A stretch of 64,000 nucleotides of DNA from an uncultured Acidobacteriota bacterium. Its GTDB lineage: Bacteria > Acidobacteriota > JAQAZP01. The stretch spans positions 2,624,001 through 2,688,000 of the forward strand of contig CAWIIB010000009.1 of the NCBI GenBank assembly GCA_963836075.1. Direction: 5' to 3'. Positions 49,839-60,300 of this stretch are shown piece after piece; position 1 is the first letter of the stretch; each line of letters begins with the position of its first letter. The notes beneath the pieces were generated by a model, which was given only the letters and a program-made list of their open reading frames with translations, had not been told where the DNA came from and made no database searches. Made by a program: the position numbers and the translations under genes.

Positions 49839-50138
49839 CTAGAAGCCGACCTTCTTGCCGTCCGTGGCCGGGGCTCCGGCGATCTCCCCGAAGTTTTTCT
49901 CGTACTGGCCAATGTTCCGCTTCAGTGCCTCCAGCAGCTGCTTGGCATGAAAGGGTGAAATGATGATCCGGGAGTGGACGGTGAACTCCTTGCGGCCGGG
50001 GACCACCCGGCCGAAATCCACCACGAACTCCGACTGGTTGTGCATCACGTTGGCCAGGTTGACGTATACGCCTTCGGCCACTTTCTCGTCGATTTTCGCC
50101 TTGAGCTGGATTTCTCCCGGTTTTCTTGGCTGGTCCAT
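49839..50138 (-). CDS. DUF3467-like protein
   Basis: AEGVYVNLANVMHNQSEFVVDF...SRIIISP.HAK.L..AL..NI..YE..FG.I. Confidence 0.88.
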   Translation of the reverse strand: MDQPRKPGEIQLKAKIDEKVAEGVYVNLANVMHNQSEFVVDFGRVVPGRKEFTVHSRIIISPFHAKQLLEALKRNIGQYEKNFGEIAGAPATDGKKVGF

Positions 50139-50384
50139 GGGTTGCTTTCCTGGCTGAGCGTGTCAACAGGGATGACACGCGTTGTCGATGGTAGTGGGCA
50201 GTCCCCGTCCGTCACCTGCCCGGCCGGGACCACCGATCCAGTCTAGTTGGGGGGCTGTTTCAAGTCAAACCACAGATTGTTCCGGCCGGGCAGGTTTGAC
50301 GTTCCTTCAAGGCCTGGCGGATAATGGCCGCGGGAGAGACGATCCATCCCTGCTGACCAGCGCCGCCAAGGAGAGGACGGCCCG

Positions 50385-51488
50385 ATGCACCGCGTGCTTC
50401 ACGTGATTACCTCGCTCGATGCCGACGGCGCCCAGACCCTGCTGATGGACTTCGCCTCCCGCTGCCCGGCACACCGCTGCAGCAACCTGGTGGCCTTCCT
50501 GGTGGGGCCGGGGAAACTGGCCGGGGAAGACCGCTACGCCGGCGTGGAGGTGGCGGACCTGACCCGCGGCGGGGCCTTTGATCTGCGGTCGCTGTTCAGG
50601 CTGAAGCGGCTGATCCGGACGCGGCGGATCGACCTGGTGCACACCCACCTGGTGCACGGGGGGATCCTGGGCCGCTTCGCCGCCGGGCTGGGCGGGGTGC
50701 GCCGGGTGGTGACCACCCGGCATTACGGCACTGAGCAGAAGGAGCGGTCGCTGCTCTACCGCCTGGAGGACCGGATGACCCGCCGCAGCGGCCGGGTGAT
50801 CGCCATCTCCGAGGCGGTCCGCCGGCACCTGGAGGACCGGGGCATCGCCCCGGCGGAGCGGATCCGGGTAATCCACAACGCGCTGGACCCGGAGCTGTTC
50901 GGGGATCAGCCGTCCCCGCCCCGTACGGACCCCGGGCGGGCACCGGCGCTGGGCAGCATCGGCCGCCTGAGGCCCCAGAAGGGGTTTCAGCACCTGCTGG
51001 AGGCCTTCCGCCTGGTCCTGGACCGCCACCCGGCGGCGACCCTGGAGATCGTGGGGGACGGGCCGCTGCGCGGCGAGCTTGAGCTGCGCAGCCGGGAACT
51101 GGGAATCGCCGGTGCGGTGCGGTTTTCCGGCGCCGTGCCCCACGCCCGGATTCCGCAGCTCATCGACAGCTGGGACCTCTTTGTCCTTTCCTCGGTCTGG
51201 GAGGGCTTCGGTATGGTGCTCATCGAGGCCATGGCCCGGGCCCGGGCCACCGTGGCCACCCGGGTGGAAGGGGTGGTGGAAGTGGTGGAGGAGGGGGTCA
51301 GCGGTGTGCTGGTGCCGCCGGCCGATCCCGGTGCCCTGGCCCGGGCGTTGGGCGGGCTGCTGGACGACCCGGACCGCTGTGCGGCCATGGGGCGGGCCGG
51401 CCGGGAGCGGGCCCTGCGCCTCTTCTCCATGGAGACCTTCGTGGAGCAGACTTTGGCCGTCTATGACGAGCTGTGGGGGGAGCGGTGA
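50385..51488 (+). CDS. GT4 family glycosyltransferase
   Basis: VHTH, IAISEAV, GRL.PQKG, S.WEGFGMVLIEAMA. Confidence 0.93.
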   Translation: MHRVLHVITSLDADGAQTLLMDFASRCPAHRCSNLVAFLVGPGKLAGEDRYAGVEVADLTRGGAFDLRSLFRLKRLIRTRRIDLVHTHLVHGGILGRFAAGLGGVRRVVTTRHYGTEQKERSLLYRLEDRMTRRSGRVIAISEAVRRHLEDRGIAPAERIRVIHNALDPELFGDQPSPPRTDPGRAPALGSIGRLRPQKGFQHLLEAFRLVLDRHPAATLEIVGDGPLRGELELRSRELGIAGAVRFSGAVPHARIPQLIDSWDLFVLSSVWEGFGMVLIEAMARARATVATRVEGVVEVVEEGVSGVLVPPADPGALARALGGLLDDPDRCAAMGRAGRERALRLFSMETFVEQTLAVYDELWGER

Positions 51489-51817
51489 TGAGCAGCGTCC
51501 GGCGCCGGAAGTTCGTTCCCCTGGGTGACCTGCTGGGCGGCATTCTGGAGCAGGCCCTGCCCGAGGACCGGGGGCTGCGGGCGCAACTGGCAGCCGAGGC
51601 CTTCCTCCGCCTGGCCGGGCCGGTGGTGGCCGGCCGTTGCCGAATCCTCGGTCTGGAAGGCGACACCCTCCGGGTTACCGTTTCCGTCCCCCGCTGGCAC
51701 AAGGAACTGCAGCAGCTGGCCGGGGACTACCTCCGCCGGGTCAACGACGAACTGCCCCCGTCACTGCGGCTGGCCGCCATCCGCTTCCTGGGCCCACAAA
51801 AAAAGCGGGAGCCGTGA
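51488..51817 (+). CDS. DciA / DUF721 family protein
   Basis: LGDLL..IL, AGP.VA, L.V.V..P.W..EL......L.RVN...IRF. Confidence 0.75.
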   Translation: MSSVRRRKFVPLGDLLGGILEQALPEDRGLRAQLAAEAFLRLAGPVVAGRCRILGLEGDTLRVTVSVPRWHKELQQLAGDYLRRVNDELPPSLRLAAIRFLGPQKKREP

Positions 51818-51827
51818 AGCTCCCGCT
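51798..51827 (-). terminator. Intrinsic terminator downstream of tRNA-Val(CAC)
   Basis: AGCGGGAGC-cgtgaa-GCTCCCGCT preceded by an A run (U-tract on minus strand). Confidence 0.8.
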
Positions 51828-51836
51828 CTGGTCTGC

Positions 51837-51911
51837 TGGTGGGCGATACGTGATTTGAACACGTGACTTCTGCCGTGTGAGGACAGCACTCTACCGCTGA
51901 GTTAATCGCCC
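51837..51911 (-). tRNA. tRNA-Val(CAC)
   Basis: GGGCGATTAACTCAGCGGTAGAGTG-CTGTC-CTCACAC-GGCAG...GTTCAAATC...ATCGCCCACCA; 75 nt. Confidence 0.96.
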
Positions 51912-51956
51912 GTTGTCATTCCCGTCCCCGAAAAATCTCCCGAAGACCGGGCCAAA

Positions 51957-51985
51957 AATATAGTTGAAACACCGGAAGGTGTCAA
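51957..51985 (-). promoter_or_regulatory. sigma70 promoter for tRNA-Val(CAC)
   Basis: Minus strand TTGACA-17 nt-TATATT. Confidence 0.75.
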
Positions 51986-51991
51986 TGGAGA

Positions 51992-52963
51992 TCAGATGTT
52001 CTCCAGGCGTTCCGTGATGCCGAGGCAGATCAGGGTGTCACCCTTGCGGATCACATGGTCAGCGCGGGGGTTGATCTGCAGCGGGCCGTCCGCCGGCTTG
52101 ATGGCCAGGATCATCGCCCCCAGCTGCTGGCGGATGTTCGACTCGCTGAGTTTTAGGTCGCTGAAGGGTGAGTCGGCGTCCACGTGGACCTCGTCGAGCA
52201 TCAGGTCCTGGGCTCGGCCGCCGCTCACCTGGTCGATGAACTCGAGGATGGTGGGCCGCAGGATGGCGTGGGCGATCTTCATTCCACCGATGTTGTAGGG
52301 CAGGATCACCCGGTTGGCACCGGCGCGCATCAGCTTCCCCGCCGAGTTCTCGTCCGCCGCCCGGCAGACGATGAACAGCTCGGCGTTCATTCCCCTGGCG
52401 CTCAGGGTGACGTAGACGTTGTCGGCGTCGCTGTTCAGCACCGCCACCAGGCCCTGGGCCCGGTTGATGCCGCAGTGCTCAAGCTCCGTGTCGTCAGTGG
52501 CGTCACCCACCATGCCCAGCATACCTTCGTGGGCCAGGTCGTCCACCAGGGTTTCGTCCTTGTCCAGGACCACGAAAGGCACGTTGTTGCGCTTGAGTTC
52601 GGCGGCGATCAGGCTGCCCATGCGGCCGTAGCCGCAGATGATGTAGTGATTCTGCAGGCGGCCGACATTCTTCTCCATCTTCTTCCTCCCCAGCACGTCT
52701 CTCAGGCTGCCCTCGGTGATGAACCGGGTGGCGCTGGACCAGACGGCGGCTGCGATGCCCACGCCGAACAGGATCAGCACAATGGTGAAAACCTTCCCCA
52801 GTTGGCTGAGCGGTTTAACCTCGCCAAACCCGATGGTGGTCAGGGTGATCAGGGTCATGTAGAACCCCTCGAGCGGCTTCCAGCCCTCGATCAGGGCGTA
52901 ACCGAGCGTTCCCACCGCCAGGAAAACGATGATGACCAGGATGGCCGTGAGCAGAACCCGCAT
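51992..52963 (-). CDS. Two-TM potassium channel with RCK (TrkA-N/C) domains
   Basis: Filter TTIGFGE; ICGYGRMG; GDATD; DADNVYVTLSAR; TrkA-C tail. Confidence 0.94.
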   Translation of the reverse strand: MRVLLTAILVIIVFLAVGTLGYALIEGWKPLEGFYMTLITLTTIGFGEVKPLSQLGKVFTIVLILFGVGIAAAVWSSATRFITEGSLRDVLGRKKMEKNVGRLQNHYIICGYGRMGSLIAAELKRNNVPFVVLDKDETLVDDLAHEGMLGMVGDATDDTELEHCGINRAQGLVAVLNSDADNVYVTLSARGMNAELFIVCRAADENSAGKLMRAGANRVILPYNIGGMKIAHAILRPTILEFIDQVSGGRAQDLMLDEVHVDADSPFSDLKLSESNIRQQLGAMILAIKPADGPLQINPRADHVIRKGDTLICLGITERLENI

Positions 52964-53123
52964 CGCCCAGCCTCCGCAACCGGGTCGGCGGCGCGTCGTT
53001 GAGAGCCGCCGCCCTCTGTGCTATAACTTCAATCAGCCGAATCGTCAACGTGCCTGCATGGTATGAGAAATCGGGGCTCCTTTCAAGCCGCGCCCCGAAT
53101 CATTTTTTCAGGGGGAGCCTGCA

Positions 53124-54197
53124 GTGACCGGTCCACCGCTGGAGATCGAACAGAGGCCCAAACAGCCATTGGATCCGCCACCCGGGCCGCCGGAAAGGAG
53201 CCGGGGCTTCCTGGTCCGGGAGTGGTTCTTCCTCCTGCTGGTGCTCTGGGCGCTGCTGCTGATCGCCGTCTCGCTGTTCATGCCCCAGCCGCCGGTGGAA
53301 GAGGGTGCCGCCCTGCTTGATGACGCCCCCAACACCATGGAGATCATGGCCCGCCTGGACGCCCGGCCCGGATTGAAGCTTTTTCTTTTCGGCTTTGCCG
53401 GTGGCGGGGGACTGCTCTTTCTGGCCGGGCTGCCCCTGCTGGGCTATTTCCTCTGGCGGCAGCTGGAGGGCGAGCCGCTCCTCGGGACTGCGTCCCCGGA
53501 CGGGTCGGTGTGCTGGGGCCTGTGGGACGTGATCAAGTGCGCCGCGGTCTACTTTCTGCTGCTCCAGGCGCTGGGGGCCCTGCTGGTACTGCTGCTGCCG
53601 GAGGGGCAGGCCGGTGACTACACCCTGGTGGCCGTCTTTTTCGGCAACCTGCTGATCACCCTGATCATCATTTTGCTGGTGGCCCGCCGGGATTCCGGCT
53701 GGCGCCGGTCGCTGGGCCTGGTGGCCGGCAACTTCTGGCGGCGGGTGCGGGACGGGCTGGTGGGTTATGTTGCCTTCTTCCCCCTGCTCATCGCCACCGC
53801 CCTGGTGGCGGTGCTGGCCACACACCTGCTCGGACTGGAGCCGGAGCAGAACCCGCTGGTCCCCATGGTTCTCGGTTCCGACTCCCTCTGGTTCCTCGCC
53901 TTCCTGCTCTTCTTCGGCGGGCTGGTGGGGCCGGTGACCGAGGAGATTTTCTTCCGCGGGTTCTTCTATCCGCCGCTGCGGCGGAGGTTTGGGCGGGTGG
54001 GGGCGATCCTGATCAACGCCTTCTGCTTCGCCGCCCTGCACGGCAACCTGGTCCAGCTGGCGCCGCTGCTGGGCCTGGGGCTGATCCTGGCCCTGCTGCG
54101 CGAACGCACCGGGTCGGTGCTGGCCTCCACGGTCCTGCACTGCCTGCACAACACACTGGTGCTGATCCTGCTCTTTGCCCTCAAGCCGATTCTCTGA
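53124..54197 (+). CDS. CPBP (CAAX protease/Abi) intramembrane metalloprotease
   Basis: EEIFFRG, FAALH, HCLHN all intact. Confidence 0.93.
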   Translation: MTGPPLEIEQRPKQPLDPPPGPPERSRGFLVREWFFLLLVLWALLLIAVSLFMPQPPVEEGAALLDDAPNTMEIMARLDARPGLKLFLFGFAGGGGLLFLAGLPLLGYFLWRQLEGEPLLGTASPDGSVCWGLWDVIKCAAVYFLLLQALGALLVLLLPEGQAGDYTLVAVFFGNLLITLIIILLVARRDSGWRRSLGLVAGNFWRRVRDGLVGYVAFFPLLIATALVAVLATHLLGLEPEQNPLVPMVLGSDSLWFLAFLLFFGGLVGPVTEEIFFRGFFYPPLRRRFGRVGAILINAFCFAALHGNLVQLAPLLGLGLILALLRERTGSVLASTVLHCLHNTLVLILLFALKPIL

Positions 54198-54209
54198 ATC
54201 ATCGGGTCG

Positions 54210-54339
54210 GTCTAAACCCCTGGGTGCGGTCCAGGGACCAGGCGCACCTCGCTGAAAAAGCGGAGCATACTCTAGTGGTATGTGAGTATTTTTCAGCGAG
54301 GTGCAACGCAGTAGCTGGGCCGCAGACAGGGGTTTAGAC
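54210..54339. repeat. 130-bp nested palindrome (MITE/REP-like element)
   Basis: 13-bp terminal inverted repeat GTCTAAACCCCTG; inner perfect 16-bp stem 54244-54259/54289-54304. Confidence 0.8.
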
Positions 54340-56462
54340 GGTTTTGCCGGTGAGTTCGCTGAGCGCCGCGCGTATCTGGTCCATCACGATCGGTTTGGGC
54401 AGCACGCGGTCCACTCCAGCCCAGCGCAGCTTGGCGTCGTCCTTCTCCACCCGCCAGCCGGTGAAGAGGAGCACCTTGATCCCGGGGTGGTTGTTCTTGA
54501 TTTCCCGGGTCAACTCCAGCCCGGTCATGCCGGGAATGTCCAGGTCGGTGAAGACGATATCGAACGATTCCTGGTCCAGGCAGCCCAGCGCCCCCTGCCC
54601 GTCCTCGGCGGCGGTCACATCAAAGCCCAGTTCGCGTAGGATTTCGGTCAGCACTTCGCGGACCCCGATTTCATCGTCGACGATGAGGATCTTCTGCCGG
54701 CGCTCCGCGGGCTCTTCCTCCGGCGTGATGGCCGGTGTCCGGCGGTCCAGCCGCGGCAGGCTGATGGTGAACTCGGTCCCCTGGCCCGGGATACTGTTCA
54801 CGTCGATCTCGCCCCGGTGGCGGGTGACGATGCCGTAGACCACGCTGAGACCCAGCCCGGTGCCCCGTTTGCCCTTGGTGGTGTAGAAGGGGTTGAAGAC
54901 GCACTTCTGCACTTCTTCGCTCATCCCCTCGCCGGTGTCGCTGATGGTGCAGAAGATGCGGTCCCCGGCATCCCAGCTGCGGATCTGGATGTTACCGCCT
55001 TGGGGCATGGCATCGACGGCATTGAAGATGATGTTGGTGAACATCTCCCGCAGTTCCGATTCGGAGCCCTTGAGCAGCCCGCTGGCCTGGAGGTCGGTCT
55101 CCAGGGTGTACGCCGCTGCCGGCGAGTGCTCGCTGCCGGTGCGGCCCCACATTGGCCGGGTCAGTTCCACCGAATCGGCGGCGATCTGGTTCAGGTCCAC
55201 CTCGCTCAGGTCGTCGGTGAACTGTTCGGTGCGGGTGAAGTCCCGGATCCGCTTGACGATCTGTTCGCCGTCCCGCGCCGCCCGGGTGACGGTATTGATG
55301 TCGCGCAGGTTTTTGTCGTTACTGATCCGGGCAGTGATCATCTCCAGCCGGGGGATCATCACCCCGAGAATGTTGTTGAAGTCGTGAGCCACCCCCCCGG
55401 CCATCTCACCCAGCGCGCGCAGCTTCTCGCTCTGGCTCATCTTCTGGTAGATCTCGCGCTGGCTGGTGACGTCGCGGATGATTCCCTGGACCCCGCGCAG
55501 TTTGCTCGCACCGCCGTTGTAGAGCGGCTGGAGGGAGAGGGAGAGCCAGCGGTGTGGTGCCGTCGCTGTGGATCCCGCGGAACTCCACGTCACGCGCCGC
55601 CCGTCCCTGCAGTGCGGCCTTGAAGAAGGAGCGCAGCCGGGCCCTGTCGTCGGCGTGGATCCAGGAGAGCTGGCCGCACCAGCGAACCCAGCTGGTCCGC
55701 ATCCAACCCCAGCACGTGCTCCAGGGCGGGGTTGACATAGACCACCCGCCCCTGGCGGTCGACGCCGAGGATGATGTCCGCCGCCGATTCCACCAGCGTG
55801 CGGTATTTCTCTTCCGATCGTTGCGATTCGCGGTAGAGCCGCGCGTTTTCGATGGCCACCGCCGCCTGGCTGGCAAAGAGCCGCAGCAGGTCCAGTTTCC
55901 GCTCGTTGAATGTGCTGACCCGGGTCTGGCTGTCGGCGTAGATCACGCCGATGGTGCGGTTGCCCAGGCGCAGCGGCGCGCAGATGATGGTCCGCAGGGC
56001 CAGGTGGTAGATGCTCTCGTGCATCTTGAACCGCTGGTCGCGCAGGGCGTCGTCCATGTAGAGGATCTTGCGGCTGCGCAGCGTTTTCTGGACAAAGCCC
56101 TGGCTGATGTTGAATTCATCGCCGGCCAGGGTCTGTTTGTGCTTGTCCCGGGCCACGGTGAATTTCAGTTTCCCACGCGGCCCGACCTTGAGCATCAGGA
56201 AACCGCGCTCGGTTCCGGTGAGCTGGATGATGCCGTCGAGAACCTTCCTGATCACGTCGTCCAGGGGTTGGGTGGTGGTGATCGCCCGGTTGATCTCCAG
56301 GAGCAGCTCTTCAACCTCCCGGGGACGGATCAGTCCGTCTCCGGACGCCTCCGTCACCGCGTCCTCCGCGGCCGGCGCGGACTTCCCCTTCTCCAGGGGA
56401 ATACGGGGGCTCATCCGGTCCAGGTTTTTGGAAGTCTCCTCGAAGAGTTCAAGGATGCTCAT
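54334..56462 (-). CDS. GAF-PAS hybrid histidine kinase with receiver domain (two apparent +1 frameshifts, ~55677 and ~55555)
   Basis: GAF (ICAPL..GVIYAD, AIENARLY); PAS (YVNP, WIHADD, RDVT) spread over three frames; AHDFNNIL, NAVDAM, DTGEG, FYTTK, GTGLGL; ILIVDD..DLDIPG..KP. Confidence 0.88.
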
Positions 56463-56655
56463 ATACCGCCCCGAGTAAAACTCACTGCCCCCGGTGGCGC
56501 GGCGAAACCAGTTTCCGCCGGGACCGTGACCCGGTCCTCACTCCACCCGCGGGTGAATCATATTGGTGCGGAGAGAAATGGGCTGGAGCAGACCATCCCT
56601 TGCTACCCGCTTTTTCGTCCGTACTATCGGAATTTTCCCGCGGCGGCTTGAATGG

Positions 56656-59600
56656 TCAGGAGGATTTATTTTTCGTGATCCATGCGGCCACTTTGCGGAC
56701 CACCTCGGCCCGATGGCTGGCGCAGAGGTAACCGGACTTCCACTCTCCGTGTCGGGAGCCGAACCGGCTGGCCACTTTGCGAAGCAGGTCAAAGGCCTGG
56801 CGATAGGCGGCCATCGCCTCCTCAGGACGGCCGGTCTGCTCGAGGTGCCGGCCCAGGGCGGCATGGAGAGACTGGAGAAAGTCGGGGTCCTGCACCCCGG
56901 CCAGCTGGTCCAGCAGTTCCCGGCACCGGGAGGCGCACCGGTCATGGGACGGGCCAACGCCGAATCCGCTGCGCACTTCTGATTCCGCCAGCAGCAGTTC
57001 CGCCTGCAAACGCGGGGCATCCATTTTTCCAGTTCTGGCACGGGCCGCGGCCAGGGCCGCCTCCGCTTCCGTGGTTTGCCCCACGGCGGCCAGGCAGCGG
57101 GACGCCAGCAGGGCGGCCCGCACCTGCTGGCGGGTGTCGCCGAGGTTGGTGAACAGGTCAGCGGCCCGATGGCACAGCTTCTCGGCCGCTTCCGGCCGGC
57201 CGGTGCGCAGTGTCAGTTCGGCCTCCAGCAGCAGGCGGTCGGCCGCGGTATAGCCGCCGCTCTCCACGCCGTGCAGGGCGGCGGCGGACTCCTGCAGCCG
57301 TTGGGCGGCGCGGCCGGTGTCGCCCAGGGTGAGAAAGAGCTCGGCTTCCATGTTCATGGTCTGGGTCAGTCCCTGGGTGTTGCCGAGGAATTCGTGGATG
57401 CCGCGGGCGGCGCGCAGATGTTCCAGCGCTTCGCTGTAGCGGCCGCGGTGGAAGTCGCAGACCCCGAGGTTGTAGTGGCTAATGGCCTGGCCGTAGCGGT
57501 TGCCCACCTGTTCGTGGGCCCGCAGACAGTCGAGGTTGAACCGGCCGGCGGTGGAGAAATTGCCCTGCTCGAAGTGCAGGGCTCCCAGATTGGCCAGGGC
57601 GATGGCCTCGAGGTTTCGCTCCCCCCGGTCCTTGAAGATGTCCATCCCCTCGCCGAACAGGCGGGCGGCGTCGTCGAACCTGTTCTGGTGGTAGAGCAGG
57701 TCGCCCAGCAGGACCCGCAGCCGCCCCGACATCACCGTGTCGTCCACCGCCCCCCGTTCCGTGCCCCGCCAGCGTTGCAGGAGGTCAATGGCCTCGTCGG
57801 GCCGTTGCCGGTGTTTCAGCACGTACGCCTCGAGGAAGAGGCAGGATGATTCGCCGCCGGAATGCCCGCAGGCCTGGTAGGCCTCGCGGCAGCCGGCCAG
57901 ATACTGGTCGGCCTCTTCGTACCGTTCGGTCCCGAGCGAGTTGAGGCCCAGCTGCAGCAGGATGTCACCGTGATCCCGGGTCTCCTTCCCGGGGAGTTCC
58001 TCCAGCCCCAGCAGGTAGGTCCTGCGGGCCTCCTCCAGGTCGCCCTGCTTTTCCTGCAGGTAGCCTCGCTCCAGCCGGACCCGGGCCAGCTGCCGGTGCA
58101 GGCCGGCGGAGACGGCGATGGCCTCCCCCTGGTGAATGCGGGCCAGGGCCTTCTCGGTCCGCCCGGCCGCCCGGGCCAGGTTCGCCGACCGCAGGAGGAG
58201 CCGGACGGCGATGTCCGGCGGCACGGTGTCGGCGCCGCCATTGCCGATCAGCGTGTTGTAGACCCGGTTGGCTTCGCCATACCACAGCGCCTTCTCCAGC
58301 AGGCGGCCGTGGTCCAGCCCGGCCTGCCAGGCGCCCACGGTATCGCCGGCCAGCATCAGGTGCAGCCAGGTGAGCGATTCCGGGGCGACACCGGGGGCAG
58401 GAACACCCTGCTGCAGCGCCCTGGCGGCCCGCCGGTGAAATTCCCGCCGCCGGTCCTGCTCCAGGTTGGCGATCACCAGGTTGCGGGTCAGCAGCGAACG
58501 GAAACCGTACACCGGCAGATCTTGGAGCACGCTGGTGGTCAGCAGTTCAGTGCCGGCGCCGGTCAGGGCATGGGCCGCCGCAGCCTCGCCCCCCTCCTCG
58601 TCACCCACCATCCGGGCCACCATCCCGGCGGTGGCCGGGGCGCCGAAAACGGCCAGGGCCTGCAGCGCCTCTGCTCCTGCGGTGACCGCCGCATCCTGGT
58701 GGTGGGCCAGCAGATATCCGGCGGGCGGGGTGAAATCCATCCGGTGCTGCTCCGGGTCGAAGAGCGGTCCGGACGGGTGAAGGGCCAGCGCTCCGGAAGC
58801 CGTGAGGTGGGCCACCGTCTCCTCGGCCAGCAGGGGGATGCCCTCCGATTCGGCCAGCACACAGGCGGTGAGGCTGTCCTCCGCGCCCACCTGGTTACCC
58901 AGCAGCAGGGAGAGAAACCGTGCCAGCCGTTCGCGGTCCAGCGGGCGGAGCCGGATATGCTCCACCTCAGCGCCGTGGGGATGCGCCGCCAGCAGCCGTT
59001 CAGTGGACGGGGCCCCCGGCGTGGCCGTGACCAGGACAAGGATGTCGTTTTCCGGGTGGGCCCTGATCCGGCGCAGAATGTCCGAGACGGTGGCGAACCC
59101 GTGCTCTTCCGCATCGAGAACCACCGCCACGCCGGATCCCTGACGCTGCTGGAAACCGCGGGCCTCCCGGATGAGGTCGTCGGTGTATCGGTCGGGGTCC
59201 CGATCTCCCGCACCGCTCTCCTCGGGTCGGGCAGAGAAGAGGAACCCGGTGCCCGAGGTCTGGGCCAGGCGGCGCAGTTCCAGCACCAGGTGCGATTTTC
59301 CGGATCCCAGTCCACCGATAATCACCGCCGGCGGACTGGGCCCGGCCTGCCTCGATCCCAGACGCTCCAGACGCGCGCGCAGCCCCTCCAGTTGCTCTTC
59401 GGAAACGGTGAACACCGTGTCGGCCACCGCGGAACTGGCCCCCACCGCCCCCGGCTCCAGGGCCCAGGCCGTCCCGGTGAAGAGCCCGAGGTCCCTGATC
59501 ACTTGGTTTGCCGTCTGGTAGCGATCGGCCGGGTCGGCCTGGAGGAGGCGGCCCACCAGGTCTTCCAGAAAGGCGGGCACCGGTTCGTTGTTGCGGGCCC

Positions 59601-60300
59601 GCAGGGGAGGGGGCTCCTGCTCCTCCATACCCGGGCGGCGCCCTTCAGGGAAAGGGAGGCGCCCGGACAGGCCGATGTAGAGCAGGACCCCGAGGGAGTA
59701 CAGGTCGCAGCGATGGTCTTTCTCCCTGCCGGCCAGCATCTCCGGAGCCATGTACTCCGGTGTCCCCCGGAGATGACCGTCGTCGGCCTGCTCGAAGGGC
59801 GTGGAGAGCCCGAAGTCGGTGAGCTTGACCAGCGGCGGGCCCTCCGTCGTCCGGCTGCGGAGGGTGACGATCAGGTTGCCCGGCTTCAGGTCGTGGTGGA
59901 TCAGCCCCCGGGTGTGAATGTGGTGCAGGGCGCGGCAGATGGAGACCACCAGGGGCAGCATCTCCAGGGGCTGCAGCCCGGATACGGCGTCGAGAAATTC
60001 CACTCCGCTGATCCGCTCCATGGTGAAGTAGGCCCGGCCCGATCCGGGGTCCACGCCATAGTCGTACACCGTGGCCAGGTTGGGGTGCCTGAGTCTGGAG
60101 AGCATCTGGAACTCGAAGGTGGAGAGGGTGCGCTCCAGCTGGCGGCCGGAGCCCAGGGGCCGGAAGAGCTTGAAGGCCACCAGTTCCGGGCCTTCTCCGG
60201 GGTTGCTGTCCCGGGCCAGATAGACGTCGCTGAAGTTGCCGCTGCCCAGCAGCTCCAGCAGCTGGAAACGGTCGTTAACCTGGTACGGCAGTTTGATCAT
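56656..60300 (-). CDS. Ser/Thr kinase - P-loop (STAND-like) - TPR multidomain protein (start 60300 or 60360)
   Basis: LGSGNFSDV, VAFK, HHDLKPGN, DFG, GTPEYMAPE, DLYSLG; GGLGSGKS; SEGIPL; TPR repeats. Confidence 0.92.
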   Translation of the reverse strand: MIKLPYQVNDRFQLLELLGSGNFSDVYLARDSNPGEGPELVAFKLFRPLGSGRQLERTLSTFEFQMLSRLRHPNLATVYDYGVDPGSGRAYFTMERISGVEFLDAVSGLQPLEMLPLVVSICRALHHIHTRGLIHHDLKPGNLIVTLRSRTTEGPPLVKLTDFGLSTPFEQADDGHLRGTPEYMAPEMLAGREKDHRCDLYSLGVLLYIGLSGRLPFPEGRRPGMEEQEPPPLRARNNEPVPAFLEDLVGRLLQADPADRYQTANQVIRDLGLFTGTAWALEPGAVGASSAVADTVFTVSEEQLEGLRARLERLGSRQAGPSPPAVIIGGLGSGKSHLVLELRRLAQTSGTGFLFSARPEESGAGDRDPDRYTDDLIREARGFQQRQGSGVAVVLDAEEHGFATVSDILRRIRAHPENDILVLVTATPGAPSTERLLAAHPHGAEVEHIRLRPLDRERLARFLSLLLGNQVGAEDSLTACVLAESEGIPLLAEETVAHLTASGALALHPSGPLFDPEQHRMDFTPPAGYLLAHHQDAAVTAGAEALQALAVFGAPATAGMVARMVGDEEGGEAAAAHALTGAGTELLTTSVLQDLPVYGFRSLLTRNLVIANLEQDRRREFHRRAARALQQGVPAPGVAPESLTWLHLMLAGDTVGAWQAGLDHGRLLEKALWYGEANRVYNTLIGNGGADTVPPDIAVRLLLRSANLARAAGRTEKALARIHQGEAIAVSAGLHRQLARVRLERGYLQEKQGDLEEARRTYLLGLEELPGKETRDHGDILLQLGLNSLGTERYEEADQYLAGCREAYQACGHSGGESSCLFLEAYVLKHRQRPDEAIDLLQRWRGTERGAVDDTVMSGRLRVLLGDLLYHQNRFDDAARLFGEGMDIFKDRGERNLEAIALANLGALHFEQGNFSTAGRFNLDCLRAHEQVGNRYGQAISHYNLGVCDFHRGRYSEALEHLRAARGIHEFLGNTQGLTQTMNMEAELFLTLGDTGRAAQRLQESAAALHGVESGGYTAADRLLLEAELTLRTGRPEAAEKLCHRAADLFTNLGDTRQQVRAALLASRCLAAVGQTTEAEAALAAARARTGKMDAPRLQAELLLAESEVRSGFGVGPSHDRCASRCRELLDQLAGVQDPDFLQSLHAALGRHLEQTGRPEEAMAAYRQAFDLLRKVASRFGSRHGEWKSGYLCASHRAEVVRKVAAWITKNKSS

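Noticed and set aside
48851-49958. 868-aa GcvPB with a novel C-terminal domain
   Set aside because: The extension is the antisense of maf and its neighbours; one extra G restores a stop 4 nt before the maf stop
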